The notes beneath the pieces were generated by a model that saw only the letters and a list, made by a program, of their open reading frames with translations, was not told the origin of the DNA and did not search any database. This document shows positions 9,199 through 17,598 of a stretch of 64,000 bases of DNA, piece by piece. The DNA is from Syntrophales bacterium (GTDB lineage: Bacteria > Desulfobacterota > Syntrophia > Syntrophales > UBA8958): NCBI GenBank assembly GCA_035358955.1, contig DAORXN010000001.1, positions 130,403-194,402 on the forward strand, written 5' to 3'. The translations under genes were made by a program, and so were the position numbers. Each line of letters begins with the position of its first letter. The first letter of the stretch is position 1.

Positions 9199-10191
9199 AT
9201 GATTGTCGTTACGGGCGGGGCGGGGTTTATCGGCAGTGCCTTTGTCTGGAGACTCAACCGGGCGGGGATAAAAGATATCGTAATCGTTGATCGCTTGGGC
9301 AACGGTGAGAAATGGAAGAACTTGGTCAAGCTCCGCTATAGGGATTTCTATCACAAAGACGCCTTTTTGCGTCTCGTGAAGGAAGATGCCGTTCCCTTTT
9401 CGGTGGAGGCGGTCGTGCACCTCGGGGCCTGTTCCAACACCATGGAAAGGGATGCCGATTATCTGTGGGAAAATAACGTCCGGTATTCCCAGTATTTGGC
9501 CCGCTGGGCCCTAAAGCGGGATATAAGGTTCATATACGCCAGTTCCGCGGCAACTTACGGCGATGGCTCCCGTGGATTTTCCGACGACGACGAGACGACC
9601 CGGTTGCTGAAACCCATCAACATGTACGGTTACTCGAAGCAGGCCTTCGACCTATGGATTCTCGACCACGACCTGAGTCGTTTGGTGGTGGGTATAAAGT
9701 TTTTCAACGTCTTCGGCCCCAATGAGTATCATAAGGGGGAGATGAGGAGCGTAGTTCACAAGGCGGTGGGGCAGGTCCTGGCGGAAGGGAAGGTGAGGTT
9801 GTTTCGATCCTACCGCCCGGAATACGAAGACGGGGGACAGAAGCGTGATTTCATCTACGTGAAGGACTGCGTAGATGTCCTCTGGTGGCTTTTGCAGCAT
9901 CCGGAAGTCACGGGCATTTACAATCTGGGAACGGGTCGAGCCAGGACGTGGAACGACCTCGTCTATGCCATTTTTTCCGCCCTCCAGCGCGAGCCGGTAA
10001 TCGAATACATCGATATGCCACCCGGTTTGGAGAGGCAATACCAGTATTTCACCGAAGCGCGGATGGAGAAATTGCAAGGTACGGGTTGCCCCCTCTCCTT
10101 CTCTTCGTTGGAGGAGGCCGTATCCGATTACGTGCAGGGTTACCTTACCTCCGACGACCCTTACCTCGGTGGCGAAAATACTCGTCAATAG
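9199..10191 (+). CDS. hldD: ADP-L-glycero-D-manno-heptose 6-epimerase
   Basis: MIVVTGGAGFIGS Rossmann start, SSAATYG and YGYSK catalytic motif. 330 aa, typical for HldD/RfaD. Confidence 0.88.
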   Translation: MIVVTGGAGFIGSAFVWRLNRAGIKDIVIVDRLGNGEKWKNLVKLRYRDFYHKDAFLRLVKEDAVPFSVEAVVHLGACSNTMERDADYLWENNVRYSQYLARWALKRDIRFIYASSAATYGDGSRGFSDDDETTRLLKPINMYGYSKQAFDLWILDHDLSRLVVGIKFFNVFGPNEYHKGEMRSVVHKAVGQVLAEGKVRLFRSYRPEYEDGGQKRDFIYVKDCVDVLWWLLQHPEVTGIYNLGTGRARTWNDLVYAIFSALQREPVIEYIDMPPGLERQYQYFTEARMEKLQGTGCPLSFSSLEEAVSDYVQGYLTSDDPYLGGENTRQ

Positions 10192-11512
10192 AGGAGAAAG
10201 CTACCTCCACCATGAGTTCGATGTCCTTTTCCTCCACGCAGTAAGGGGGCATGAAGTAGATGACGTCGCCTAAGGGACGTAAGATTACCCCTCGGGAGAG
10301 GGCCAGGCGGTATACGTTGTAGCCCACGCGCTCGGTCCAGTCGAAGGGGGCCTTCGTCATGCGGTCTTGGACGATCTCTATGGCGCAAATCATGCCCGTC
10401 TGCCGAAATTCCCCGATGTGGGGATGCCCTTCGGCCCGGGGGCGGGCAAGTTCACTGATCAGGCGGGCCTTTTTTTCGTTCATTCCGAGGACGTCCTCTT
10501 CTTCGAAGATACGTAAGGTTTCTAAGGCGCAGGCGCACGCAAGGGCATTGCCCGTATAGCTGTGGCTATGGAGGAAGGCTTTGAGCTCCTTATATTCGCC
10601 GTAAAAAGCCCGATAGATGTCCTCCTTCACCAAGACTACAGAAAGGGGCAGATAGCCACCCGAAATACCCTTGGACAGGCACATGATGTCCGGAGAAACC
10701 CCGGCATGTTCGCACGCGAACATCTTTCCCGTGCGACCAAATCCCACAGCGATCTCATCCGCTATGAAGTGAAGGCCATGGCGATCGCAAAGAGCCCTCA
10801 GTTTTGTCAAGTATCGGGGGGAATACATTTTCATGCCTGCGGCACACTGGACGATGGGTTCGATGATTACGGCGCAGAGTTCCTCCTTGTGGGTGTTTAT
10901 CATCTCTTCCATGGTGGCAAAACATTCGGCGTCACAAGTATCTCTTTCCTTTCTTAGGGGGCATCGAAAGCAGTCGGGCCCCGGTATTTTTACCGTGTCA
11001 AGGAGGAGGGGTTTGTAAATCCGACTGTAGAGGTCGATGTCACCCACCGAGAGGGCGCCCAACGTTTCTCCATGATAGGCATGGGAAATGGCAGCAAAAC
11101 GTGTCCTTTTTGTCTCCCCCCTCTGCTGATGGTAGTGGAAGCTCATCTTAAGGGCAATTTCCACGGCAGCAGAGCCGTTGTCGGCAAAGAAGACCCGCGT
11201 TAGACCCGGGGGAGTAATATTTACGAGCCTTTCGGCCAGTTCAATGGCGGGTTTGTGGGAAAAGTGGGAGAAGATAACGTGTTCCAACTGGTCGGCCTGG
11301 GCCTTCAAGGCCCTATTTATGCGTTCGTTGCTGTGACCGAAAAGATTTACCCACCACGATGAAATGGCATCCAGATAGGCCTTCCCCTCGAGGTCATAGA
11401 GATAAGCCCCTTTCCCATGAGAGATGATAATGGGCGGATACTCTTCGTAATCCTTCATTTGCGAGCAAGGATGCCATATGAACCTGAGGTCTCTTTCCTG
11501 CCAGTCTCTCAT
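10145..11512 (-). CDS. bioA: adenosylmethionine-8-amino-7-oxononanoate aminotransferase
   Basis: Class-III aminotransferase with RFIWHP, FADNGS, DEIAVGFGRTG and LSKGISGG motifs. ATGA overlap with bioF. Confidence 0.93.
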   Translation of the reverse strand: MRDWQERDLRFIWHPCSQMKDYEEYPPIIISHGKGAYLYDLEGKAYLDAISSWWVNLFGHSNERINRALKAQADQLEHVIFSHFSHKPAIELAERLVNITPPGLTRVFFADNGSAAVEIALKMSFHYHQQRGETKRTRFAAISHAYHGETLGALSVGDIDLYSRIYKPLLLDTVKIPGPDCFRCPLRKERDTCDAECFATMEEMINTHKEELCAVIIEPIVQCAAGMKMYSPRYLTKLRALCDRHGLHFIADEIAVGFGRTGKMFACEHAGVSPDIMCLSKGISGGYLPLSVVLVKEDIYRAFYGEYKELKAFLHSHSYTGNALACACALETLRIFEEEDVLGMNEKKARLISELARPRAEGHPHIGEFRQTGMICAIEIVQDRMTKAPFDWTERVGYNVYRLALSRGVILRPLGDVIYFMPPYCVEEKDIELMVEVAFSSIDEYFRHRGKGRRR

Positions 11513-12693
11513 GGGCCTTTACCCCTTAATTTCATCTCTCGCGCTACCTCCCCGATGGCCTCGACGGTGGATTGTAAGTCTTCCCACGTGTGGGTAGCCA
11601 TCAGGGAAATCCTCAATCGGCTGGTGCCTGCCTTCACGGTGGGTGGGCGCAGGGCAGGGATGAAAATGCCCCTCTGCCAGAGCCTTTGGCTGAATTCTAC
11701 CGTTTGGGTGGCTTCACCTATAATGATGGGTATAATGGGCGTTTCCCCCTTTAAAACGGGTAACCCAATGGCGACCAGTTTTTCCCGCATCCACCTCGCT
11801 TTTTCTAAGAGCTCTCTTCTCCTTTCCGGTTCACTTTTCACGATGCTCAGGGCAGCAAGGGATACGGCACAGGAAGCCGGATTCAAGGCCGTGGAAAAAA
11901 TGAAGCTCCGGGCCTTATTTATAAGATATTCTATTAGAACGCCTTTTCCCGCGATAAAGCCCCCTTCGCTGGCCAGGGCTTTGCTGAACGTGCCCATCTG
12001 GATGTCTATCTCTTGTGACAAGTTGAACAAGTCGGCCGTTCCTCCCCCGTGTGGCCCCAAAACCCCCGTGGCGTGGGCATCGTCTACCATCAGCACGGCT
12101 TTTTCTTCTCTGGCCAGGGCGACCAAGTCGTCGAGGGGGGCCATGTCTCCGTCGACGCTGAAGACGCCATCGGTTACGATCAGGGCCGGTCGGCCCCGAT
12201 AGTGGGCCATCTTTTCCTTGAGGTCTTTTACATCGCCATGGGCGTAGATCACCACCTCTCCTTCGCTCAGCCGGCAGCCGTCCACGATGCTCGCATGATT
12301 CAGTTCATCGGAGAAGATGACCCATTCCGGGCCGGCCAGGGCGGAAATGGTGCCCACATTGGCCATGTAGCCCGTATTGAAGACGAGAGCCCTTTCCGTT
12401 CCTTTAAGGTGGGCGACTTCCCTTTCCAGTTGCCGGTGAATTTCGTAACTACCCGTCGTGAGGCGCGAGCCACCGGTCCCTACACCGTAAGATGCTATTG
12501 CTTCGTAAGCGGCCTGCTTCAATCTGGGATCTGAGCATAGGCCGAGGTAGCTATTGGAAGAGAAAAGGAGGAACTCTCTCCCCTCGATCATGACGCGGGG
12601 GCCTTGGGGAGAGGCAAGATATTTGGGTTCGCGGTAAAGGCCGCGCCCTTTGATGGCCGCCAACTTTTGCGTTAGGTAGTCGGCAAAGTTCAT
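11509..12693 (-). CDS. bioF: 8-amino-7-oxononanoate synthase
   Basis: SNSYLGL, DDAHATG and GTFSKAL (PLP lysine) motifs. ATG 12693 overlaps the bioD stop (ATGA); the ORF-track start 12753 would lie inside bioD. Confidence 0.92.
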   Translation of the reverse strand: MNFADYLTQKLAAIKGRGLYREPKYLASPQGPRVMIEGREFLLFSSNSYLGLCSDPRLKQAAYEAIASYGVGTGGSRLTTGSYEIHRQLEREVAHLKGTERALVFNTGYMANVGTISALAGPEWVIFSDELNHASIVDGCRLSEGEVVIYAHGDVKDLKEKMAHYRGRPALIVTDGVFSVDGDMAPLDDLVALAREEKAVLMVDDAHATGVLGPHGGGTADLFNLSQEIDIQMGTFSKALASEGGFIAGKGVLIEYLINKARSFIFSTALNPASCAVSLAALSIVKSEPERRRELLEKARWMREKLVAIGLPVLKGETPIIPIIIGEATQTVEFSQRLWQRGIFIPALRPPTVKAGTSRLRISLMATHTWEDLQSTVEAIGEVAREMKLRGKGP

Positions 12694-13415
12694 CTCTTTT
12701 CCGTGTGAGGGAGGGGCTTCAGGATGGAGTTTAAATCGTCTTGGGTAAGGCAACGATCGAAGACGGGCAGGATCTGTTCCGTCTCGAGGGCACTTAAGGG
12801 GGGAATCACGTAAATGTTCTTTAACCCCGTAAGGTGCCGGAGCACGCTTACGTTTTCCACCTCGAGGGGCAAGCCCTGATATTGGTTGATGAAGAGCGCC
12901 GTGATGGAAAGCCCTTTATCCCGGGCCAGATGAAGGGTGAGAAGCGTGTGGTTGATCGTGCCCAACCCCGCCCGGGCCACGAGCAAACAGGCAAAACCCA
13001 GTTCGGAGATGAGATCGTACTGCATAAATCCTTCTTCATTTAACGGAACGGCCAGCCCCCCGGCCGCTTCCGCCACGATCACCTCGTAATGTTCCTTTAA
13101 GTAGGCAAGAGAGTTTTTTATCTTTTGCCGTAAGATGGGTCGCGCCTCCCAACGGGCGGCCAGATGAGGGGCGACCGCTTCCCGATAGGCGAAAGGAGAC
13201 ACTATTTCTTCTTTTTCCCCCACACCGGAGATGCGTTGGACAAAAAAGGCATCGGCAGGGTGGAGGCCCGTTTCGTCTTCAATCTGGCCGCTGGATACAG
13301 GCTTGAAATAGGCAGCGCGTAAGCCACGCCTCGAAAGCAGAGTCATCAGGCCGGCGGCGACGACCGTTTTCCCCACTTCCGTATCGGTTCCGATGATATA
13401 GACACCCCTTACCAT
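12690..13415 (-). CDS. bioD: dethiobiotin synthase
   Basis: P-loop GTDTEVGKT at the N-terminus, 241 aa. First gene of a bioD-bioF-bioA string. Confidence 0.92.
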   Translation of the reverse strand: MVRGVYIIGTDTEVGKTVVAAGLMTLLSRRGLRAAYFKPVSSGQIEDETGLHPADAFFVQRISGVGEKEEIVSPFAYREAVAPHLAARWEARPILRQKIKNSLAYLKEHYEVIVAEAAGGLAVPLNEEGFMQYDLISELGFACLLVARAGLGTINHTLLTLHLARDKGLSITALFINQYQGLPLEVENVSVLRHLTGLKNIYVIPPLSALETEQILPVFDRCLTQDDLNSILKPLPHTEKR

Positions 13416-13552
13416 TGCTTGCCTCGCCGAGATCAGTAAGCGATAAAGATACAGTTGTTTCCGTGAAAAGTAAAGGATGGGAAAGGGAGGCTCCTTGCGG
13501 TGGGACGAAGATGATGATATGTCTCGTCAAAACCGTAAGAAAGGATGGCAAG

Positions 13553-14659
13553 ATGGGTACGGATAACTGGGTGTTTCTGGAGGTGATAGAGTGGTTCGAT
13601 GAAACTGGCCGGGAGATGGTGCATCGCATTCCGGAGGGTGGGTCGGGTGAAATTAAATGGGGTGCCCAGCTGATCGTGAGGCAGTCCCAGGTGGCTGTTT
13701 TCTGCTATAACGGCCGGGCTTACGATGCCATCTATCCCGGTCGCCATACCTTGAAGACGGGTAACATCCCCTTACTGACCAAGGCGCTATCCGTCCCATG
13801 GGGGTTGACGAGCCCTCTTAGGGCCGAAGTATGGTTTGTCAACATGAAAGTCTTTGCCAATCTAACCTGGGGCACGCGGGACCCCGTCGCCTTTCGGGAC
13901 CGGGAACTGGGGTTGATAAGACTGAGGGCCCACGGGGTGTTTAATATCCACATCGTGCAGCCCGTTCTATTCATAAACACGATGGTGGGTACCCAAGGCA
14001 TCTATACGACGGCGGAGATAGAAGATTATATGAACCAGGTCATCGTCTCCCGGTTCAACGATATGATGGGAGAGAAGATGAATACCGTCTTCGATCTCCC
14101 CTCCCGCTACCAGGATTTGTCCGATGATTTGAGTCATGTTCTAAAAGAAGATTTCGGCCGATTCGGCCTTGCGCTCGATGCCCTTTACATAAATGCCATT
14201 ACACCTCCCACCGAGGTCCAGCAGGCCATTGACGATCAGAGCAGGCTGGCCGTTTTTGACGATGTAAACAAGCTACTGAAGATGAAATTGGCTATGGCGA
14301 TGGAAAGGGCAGGAAATCAAAGCCAAGGGACGGGGGCAGGGCTGGGCATGGGCATGGGATTAGTCATGCCCGCCGTGATGGCTGGCGTGTTCGCGTCCGA
14401 GACGAAGGAAAAGCTCTCTTGCCCTGATTGCGGGGAGAGTATACCTCAGGCGGCGAGGTTCTGCCCTTTTTGCGGTCACCAAATTCTTGTCATCAACCGA
14501 TGTGCTTACTGCGGCAAGAACCTGCCGGCCCGTGCCCGGTTCTGTCCCATGTGCGGTAAACCGGTGGGGGAGAAGCCCACAGTTCGTATCTGTTCTTCCT
14601 GCGGTGCAGAAAATCTGCCCTTTTCCGTTTTCTGCAATCAGTGTGGAAAAAGGCTCTAA
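13553..14659 (+). CDS. SPFH (stomatin/prohibitin/flotillin)-family protein with three C-terminal zinc ribbons (YdjI/COG4260-like)
   Basis: N-terminus [12 protein letters not shown]...[26 protein letters not shown] is typical of the YdjI-like SPFH group. The tail has 3 x CxxC-x10-CxxC. ATG 13553 has an AGGA SD 7 nt upstream; the ORF-track start 13415 is unlikely. Confidence 0.75.
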   Translation: MGTDNWVFLEVIEWFDETGREMVHRIPEGGSGEIKWGAQLIVRQSQVAVFCYNGRAYDAIYPGRHTLKTGNIPLLTKALSVPWGLTSPLRAEVWFVNMKVFANLTWGTRDPVAFRDRELGLIRLRAHGVFNIHIVQPVLFINTMVGTQGIYTTAEIEDYMNQVIVSRFNDMMGEKMNTVFDLPSRYQDLSDDLSHVLKEDFGRFGLALDALYINAITPPTEVQQAIDDQSRLAVFDDVNKLLKMKLAMAMERAGNQSQGTGAGLGMGMGLVMPAVMAGVFASETKEKLSCPDCGESIPQAARFCPFCGHQILVINRCAYCGKNLPARARFCPMCGKPVGEKPTVRICSSCGAENLPFSVFCNQCGKRL

Positions 14660-14691
14660 CCCTTTAGCCCACTTGAGAATCGAGGGAAAGC

Positions 14692-15894
14692 GTGTCCCCC
14701 AGGTTACATTGGGAAATCGAGCATGAATGTCCTCAATGTGGTGCCCCTGTGACGCTAAAAGAGGGGGACCGTATCTTGACCTGTAATTTTTGCCGAACCC
14801 GTTTGTATCTTGTGGCGCGCCATATGTTTCGCTACTACCTGCCCAGTGCTGATGCCCGATCGGACGAGATGTTTTTTTTCCCTTATCATCGCATCAGGGG
14901 TTTGAGTTTCTCGATAGGTCTCGATGGGATTCAAGCCCGCTACGTAGACATGAGCCATCGCTTGTTCAATGTGCCTAATCTGCCCCTCTCCCTGGGCGTG
15001 CGGCCTCAAGCCATGACCCTGCGTTTGGTCGAACCTCAGATGGAGGGAAAATTTGTCATGCCCTCGTCCGGCAGCCCTTTTTTGAAGCAGGAAAAGTTAC
15101 CCGGCGAAAGGTTTATCGGTGAAACGGAGAGCATCATCTACTTGCCCACTTACGTAAGGGACGGACGGCTTTACGATGGCCTGTTGGCGAGGCCTCTTGC
15201 TGTTTGGGATGCAAGTTCATTTTTGGTGTTTGAGGCGTGTCCTCCATGTGAGATAAGATATTTGGCCACTTTGTGCCCCAACTGCGGCGGGGATTTAGAA
15301 GGTAAGGGGGAGGCCGTAGCCCTCACGTGCCCCAACTGCCAGACGGCGTGGATCTGTAAGGAGGGTAGGCTTTTACCCCTATCCTTTGGACTTTGGCAGG
15401 TGGCCGATGAGGTGGTTTATTGGCTTCCTTTCTGGCAGTTAAAGGTAAACATTTCTGGCCTGAGCCTGGATTCTCATCCTGCTCTCCTCGAATTTGCCAA
15501 CTTGCCCCCCCGGACGGAAAAAAACTCTAAAGAAGACGGGCTATACTTTTGGGCCCCCGCTTTTAAATTGAATCCCGAGCATTTCCTGAGGTGGGCCCGC
15601 CAGATGACCATATTTCAACCCCGGGTTTCGCTTACTATCCACCTGAGGGGAAAGAGTCTTTATCCCGCAACCCTACCCGTGGAAGAGGCCTTAGAGATCA
15701 TTCCTGTAATGCTTGCCGAATTGGTGAAGAACAAGCAAGCTTTCATTGAAAAGACCTTGCCCGGGCTTATGGTGGACCTTAAGGAAGTAACCCTCGTGTA
15801 TCACCCTTTTAGGGAAAGGAAAGGTGAACTGGTACATCAGTCAATGGGTCTCGTTATCCAGCGAAACGCCCTTGAATTCGGTTTTCATCTATAG
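14692..15894 (+). CDS. double zinc-ribbon protein of unknown function (possibly YdjG-like)
   Basis: GTG start with GAGGG SD 5 nt upstream. Two CPxCG-x(11-12)-LTCxxCxT modules. Lies 32 nt after the SPFH gene. Confidence 0.65.
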   Translation: MSPRLHWEIEHECPQCGAPVTLKEGDRILTCNFCRTRLYLVARHMFRYYLPSADARSDEMFFFPYHRIRGLSFSIGLDGIQARYVDMSHRLFNVPNLPLSLGVRPQAMTLRLVEPQMEGKFVMPSSGSPFLKQEKLPGERFIGETESIIYLPTYVRDGRLYDGLLARPLAVWDASSFLVFEACPPCEIRYLATLCPNCGGDLEGKGEAVALTCPNCQTAWICKEGRLLPLSFGLWQVADEVVYWLPFWQLKVNISGLSLDSHPALLEFANLPPRTEKNSKEDGLYFWAPAFKLNPEHFLRWARQMTIFQPRVSLTIHLRGKSLYPATLPVEEALEIIPVMLAELVKNKQAFIEKTLPGLMVDLKEVTLVYHPFRERKGELVHQSMGLVIQRNALEFGFHL

Positions 15895-15906
15895 TGGGAA
15901 GGGCAA

Positions 15907-16881
15907 ATGAGCGGGCTTGACGTGACTAATTCTAAGTTACGTGGTAGTTTCGAAAAACTTTTAGGCGCAGGTGAGTACATTTTGGGTAGGCTTAGAAAGG
16001 GATTAAAGGGGGTTATTCTGACTCTTCTTTTGACTTTTTGGGGATACTTTCCCCCTGTTTGTGCTTCCCCGGTCGATGAAGGGCATTTTTTTGCTGCCTT
16101 GAAGGCACGGAGTCATCAATACGGATGGAATGATTTGCGCATCTCCGATCTGCCCTGGGAAAGTTACCGGAAATCGGCGGGAGGGTATCCTTTGGTATTT
16201 CTACGGCTCGGCGATGACGTTAAAAATTGCGTCCTCTTTTTGGGCGGGGTGCATGGCGACGAGGCACCTGCCGTCTACCTCACATTCATGCTGGCCCAGT
16301 ATCTTCGGGAACATGCCGAACTTACGCGGGGCAAATGCATCATCGTTGCACCACTCGTTAACCCCGATGGTTTCTTGGCCGAACCGCCGAGTAGAGTAAA
16401 TAGCCGCGGAATAGACATTAACCGTAATTTCCCTACCCGTGATTGGTGGCGGGAGGCTAATCATTGCTGGCGGATGAAGGCCAAAGGTTTAAGACGCTAC
16501 TATCCCGGCAGGAGACCCGCCTCCGAGCCAGAGACGCTTTTCCAGGTTGCACTCATCCATCGGTTCAAACCCTATAAGATCTTGAGCATTCACTCTCCCC
16601 TCAACTTCTTCGATTACGATGGCCCCTCTACTGACCTCGACTCCTTCGAAAAATGGATGGAAAAGATGGCCAGCGAGGCCAATCACCCGTTGAAAAAGTT
16701 TGGGTATTTCCCCGGCTCCTTGGGGAATTACGCCGGTCACGAACGAGGGATCTTTACGGTGACCCTCGAACTCCCCAGTTCTGACCCGAAGGAGGCAAGG
16801 AATTACTTTAGGCGGTTCCAGACGGTTTTTATGAAATTCATAGACCTGCCGGTATGGGGGGTACCCTCTCCTAACCGCTAA
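15907..16881 (+). CDS. M14-family zinc carboxypeptidase / murein-peptide amidase (MpaA-like) with N-terminal membrane or signal segment
   Basis: HGDE zinc motif, NPDG, INRNFP and SIHSP motifs. Hydrophobic segment VILTLLLTFWGYF. Lies 12 nt after the preceding gene. Confidence 0.8.
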   Translation: MSGLDVTNSKLRGSFEKLLGAGEYILGRLRKGLKGVILTLLLTFWGYFPPVCASPVDEGHFFAALKARSHQYGWNDLRISDLPWESYRKSAGGYPLVFLRLGDDVKNCVLFLGGVHGDEAPAVYLTFMLAQYLREHAELTRGKCIIVAPLVNPDGFLAEPPSRVNSRGIDINRNFPTRDWWREANHCWRMKAKGLRRYYPGRRPASEPETLFQVALIHRFKPYKILSIHSPLNFFDYDGPSTDLDSFEKWMEKMASEANHPLKKFGYFPGSLGNYAGHERGIFTVTLELPSSDPKEARNYFRRFQTVFMKFIDLPVWGVPSPNR

Positions 16882-16969
16882 GGGTCGGGCAAATCGGGGC
16901 CGTGTCATCGGTTGCTTGACACTTAATGAAGAGACGTTAGTTTATCTTAAAAAGACAGGAGGTTGAAAG

Positions 16970-17548
16970 ATGAGTAAATCCATCAAAGGTACCCAGACGG
17001 AGAAGAATCTACTTGCGGCCTTTGCCGGTGAATCCCAGGCTAGGATGAGGTATACGTACTTTGCCAGTCAGGCCCGAAAAGAGGGTTACGAACAGATCGC
17101 CAATATTTTCCTCGAGACGGCGGAAAACGAAAGGGAGCATGCCAAGGTGTTTTTCAAGTACCTCGAGGGGGGAGAAGTGGTCATTACGGCTGGCTATCCG
17201 GCCGGCATCATCGGGGACACCAAGACCAATCTGGAGCAGGCGGCCAATGGCGAGCTTCACGAATGGAGTACCCTCTACCATAACTTCGCCGAGGTGGCCA
17301 GAGAGGAAGGGTTTGCCGAGGTCGCACGATCTTTTGAACAGATTGCCAAGGTGGAAAAATTTCACGAAGCACGCTATCGCAAGCTCATTGAAAATATTGA
17401 AAAAGGAGAAGTGTTCAGGCGTGCGGAGGTGAAAAAGTGGCACTGTACGAACTGTGGATACGTGCATGAAGGCACGGAAGCCCCGAAGGTGTGCCCTGCC
17501 TGTCTCCATCCCCAGAGTTACTACGAAATCCTGGCCGAGAACTATTGA
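16970..17548 (+). CDS. rbr: rubrerythrin
   Basis: Diiron ExxH motifs (ENEREH, KFHEARY) plus a C-terminal rubredoxin-like CTNCG...CPAC. GGAGG SD. Confidence 0.95.
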   Translation: MSKSIKGTQTEKNLLAAFAGESQARMRYTYFASQARKEGYEQIANIFLETAENEREHAKVFFKYLEGGEVVITAGYPAGIIGDTKTNLEQAANGELHEWSTLYHNFAEVAREEGFAEVARSFEQIAKVEKFHEARYRKLIENIEKGEVFRRAEVKKWHCTNCGYVHEGTEAPKVCPACLHPQSYYEILAENY

Positions 17549-17550
17549 TG

Positions 17551-17580
17551 AAAAAAGGGGGCACCGAAGTGCCCCCTTTA
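17551..17580. terminator. bidirectional intrinsic terminator
   Basis: AAAAAA-GGGGGCAC-CGAA-GTGCCCCC-TTTA: an 8-bp GC stem flanked by an A-run and a T-run, between convergent rbr and the flavoprotein gene. Confidence 0.85.
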
Positions 17581-17598
17581 ACTTGGATTACTTTAACC

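Noticed and set aside
13416-13552. Looked for a BirA-type palindromic operator in the bioD / SPFH divergent region.
   Set aside because: I could find no convincing inverted repeat by eye, so I make no claim.
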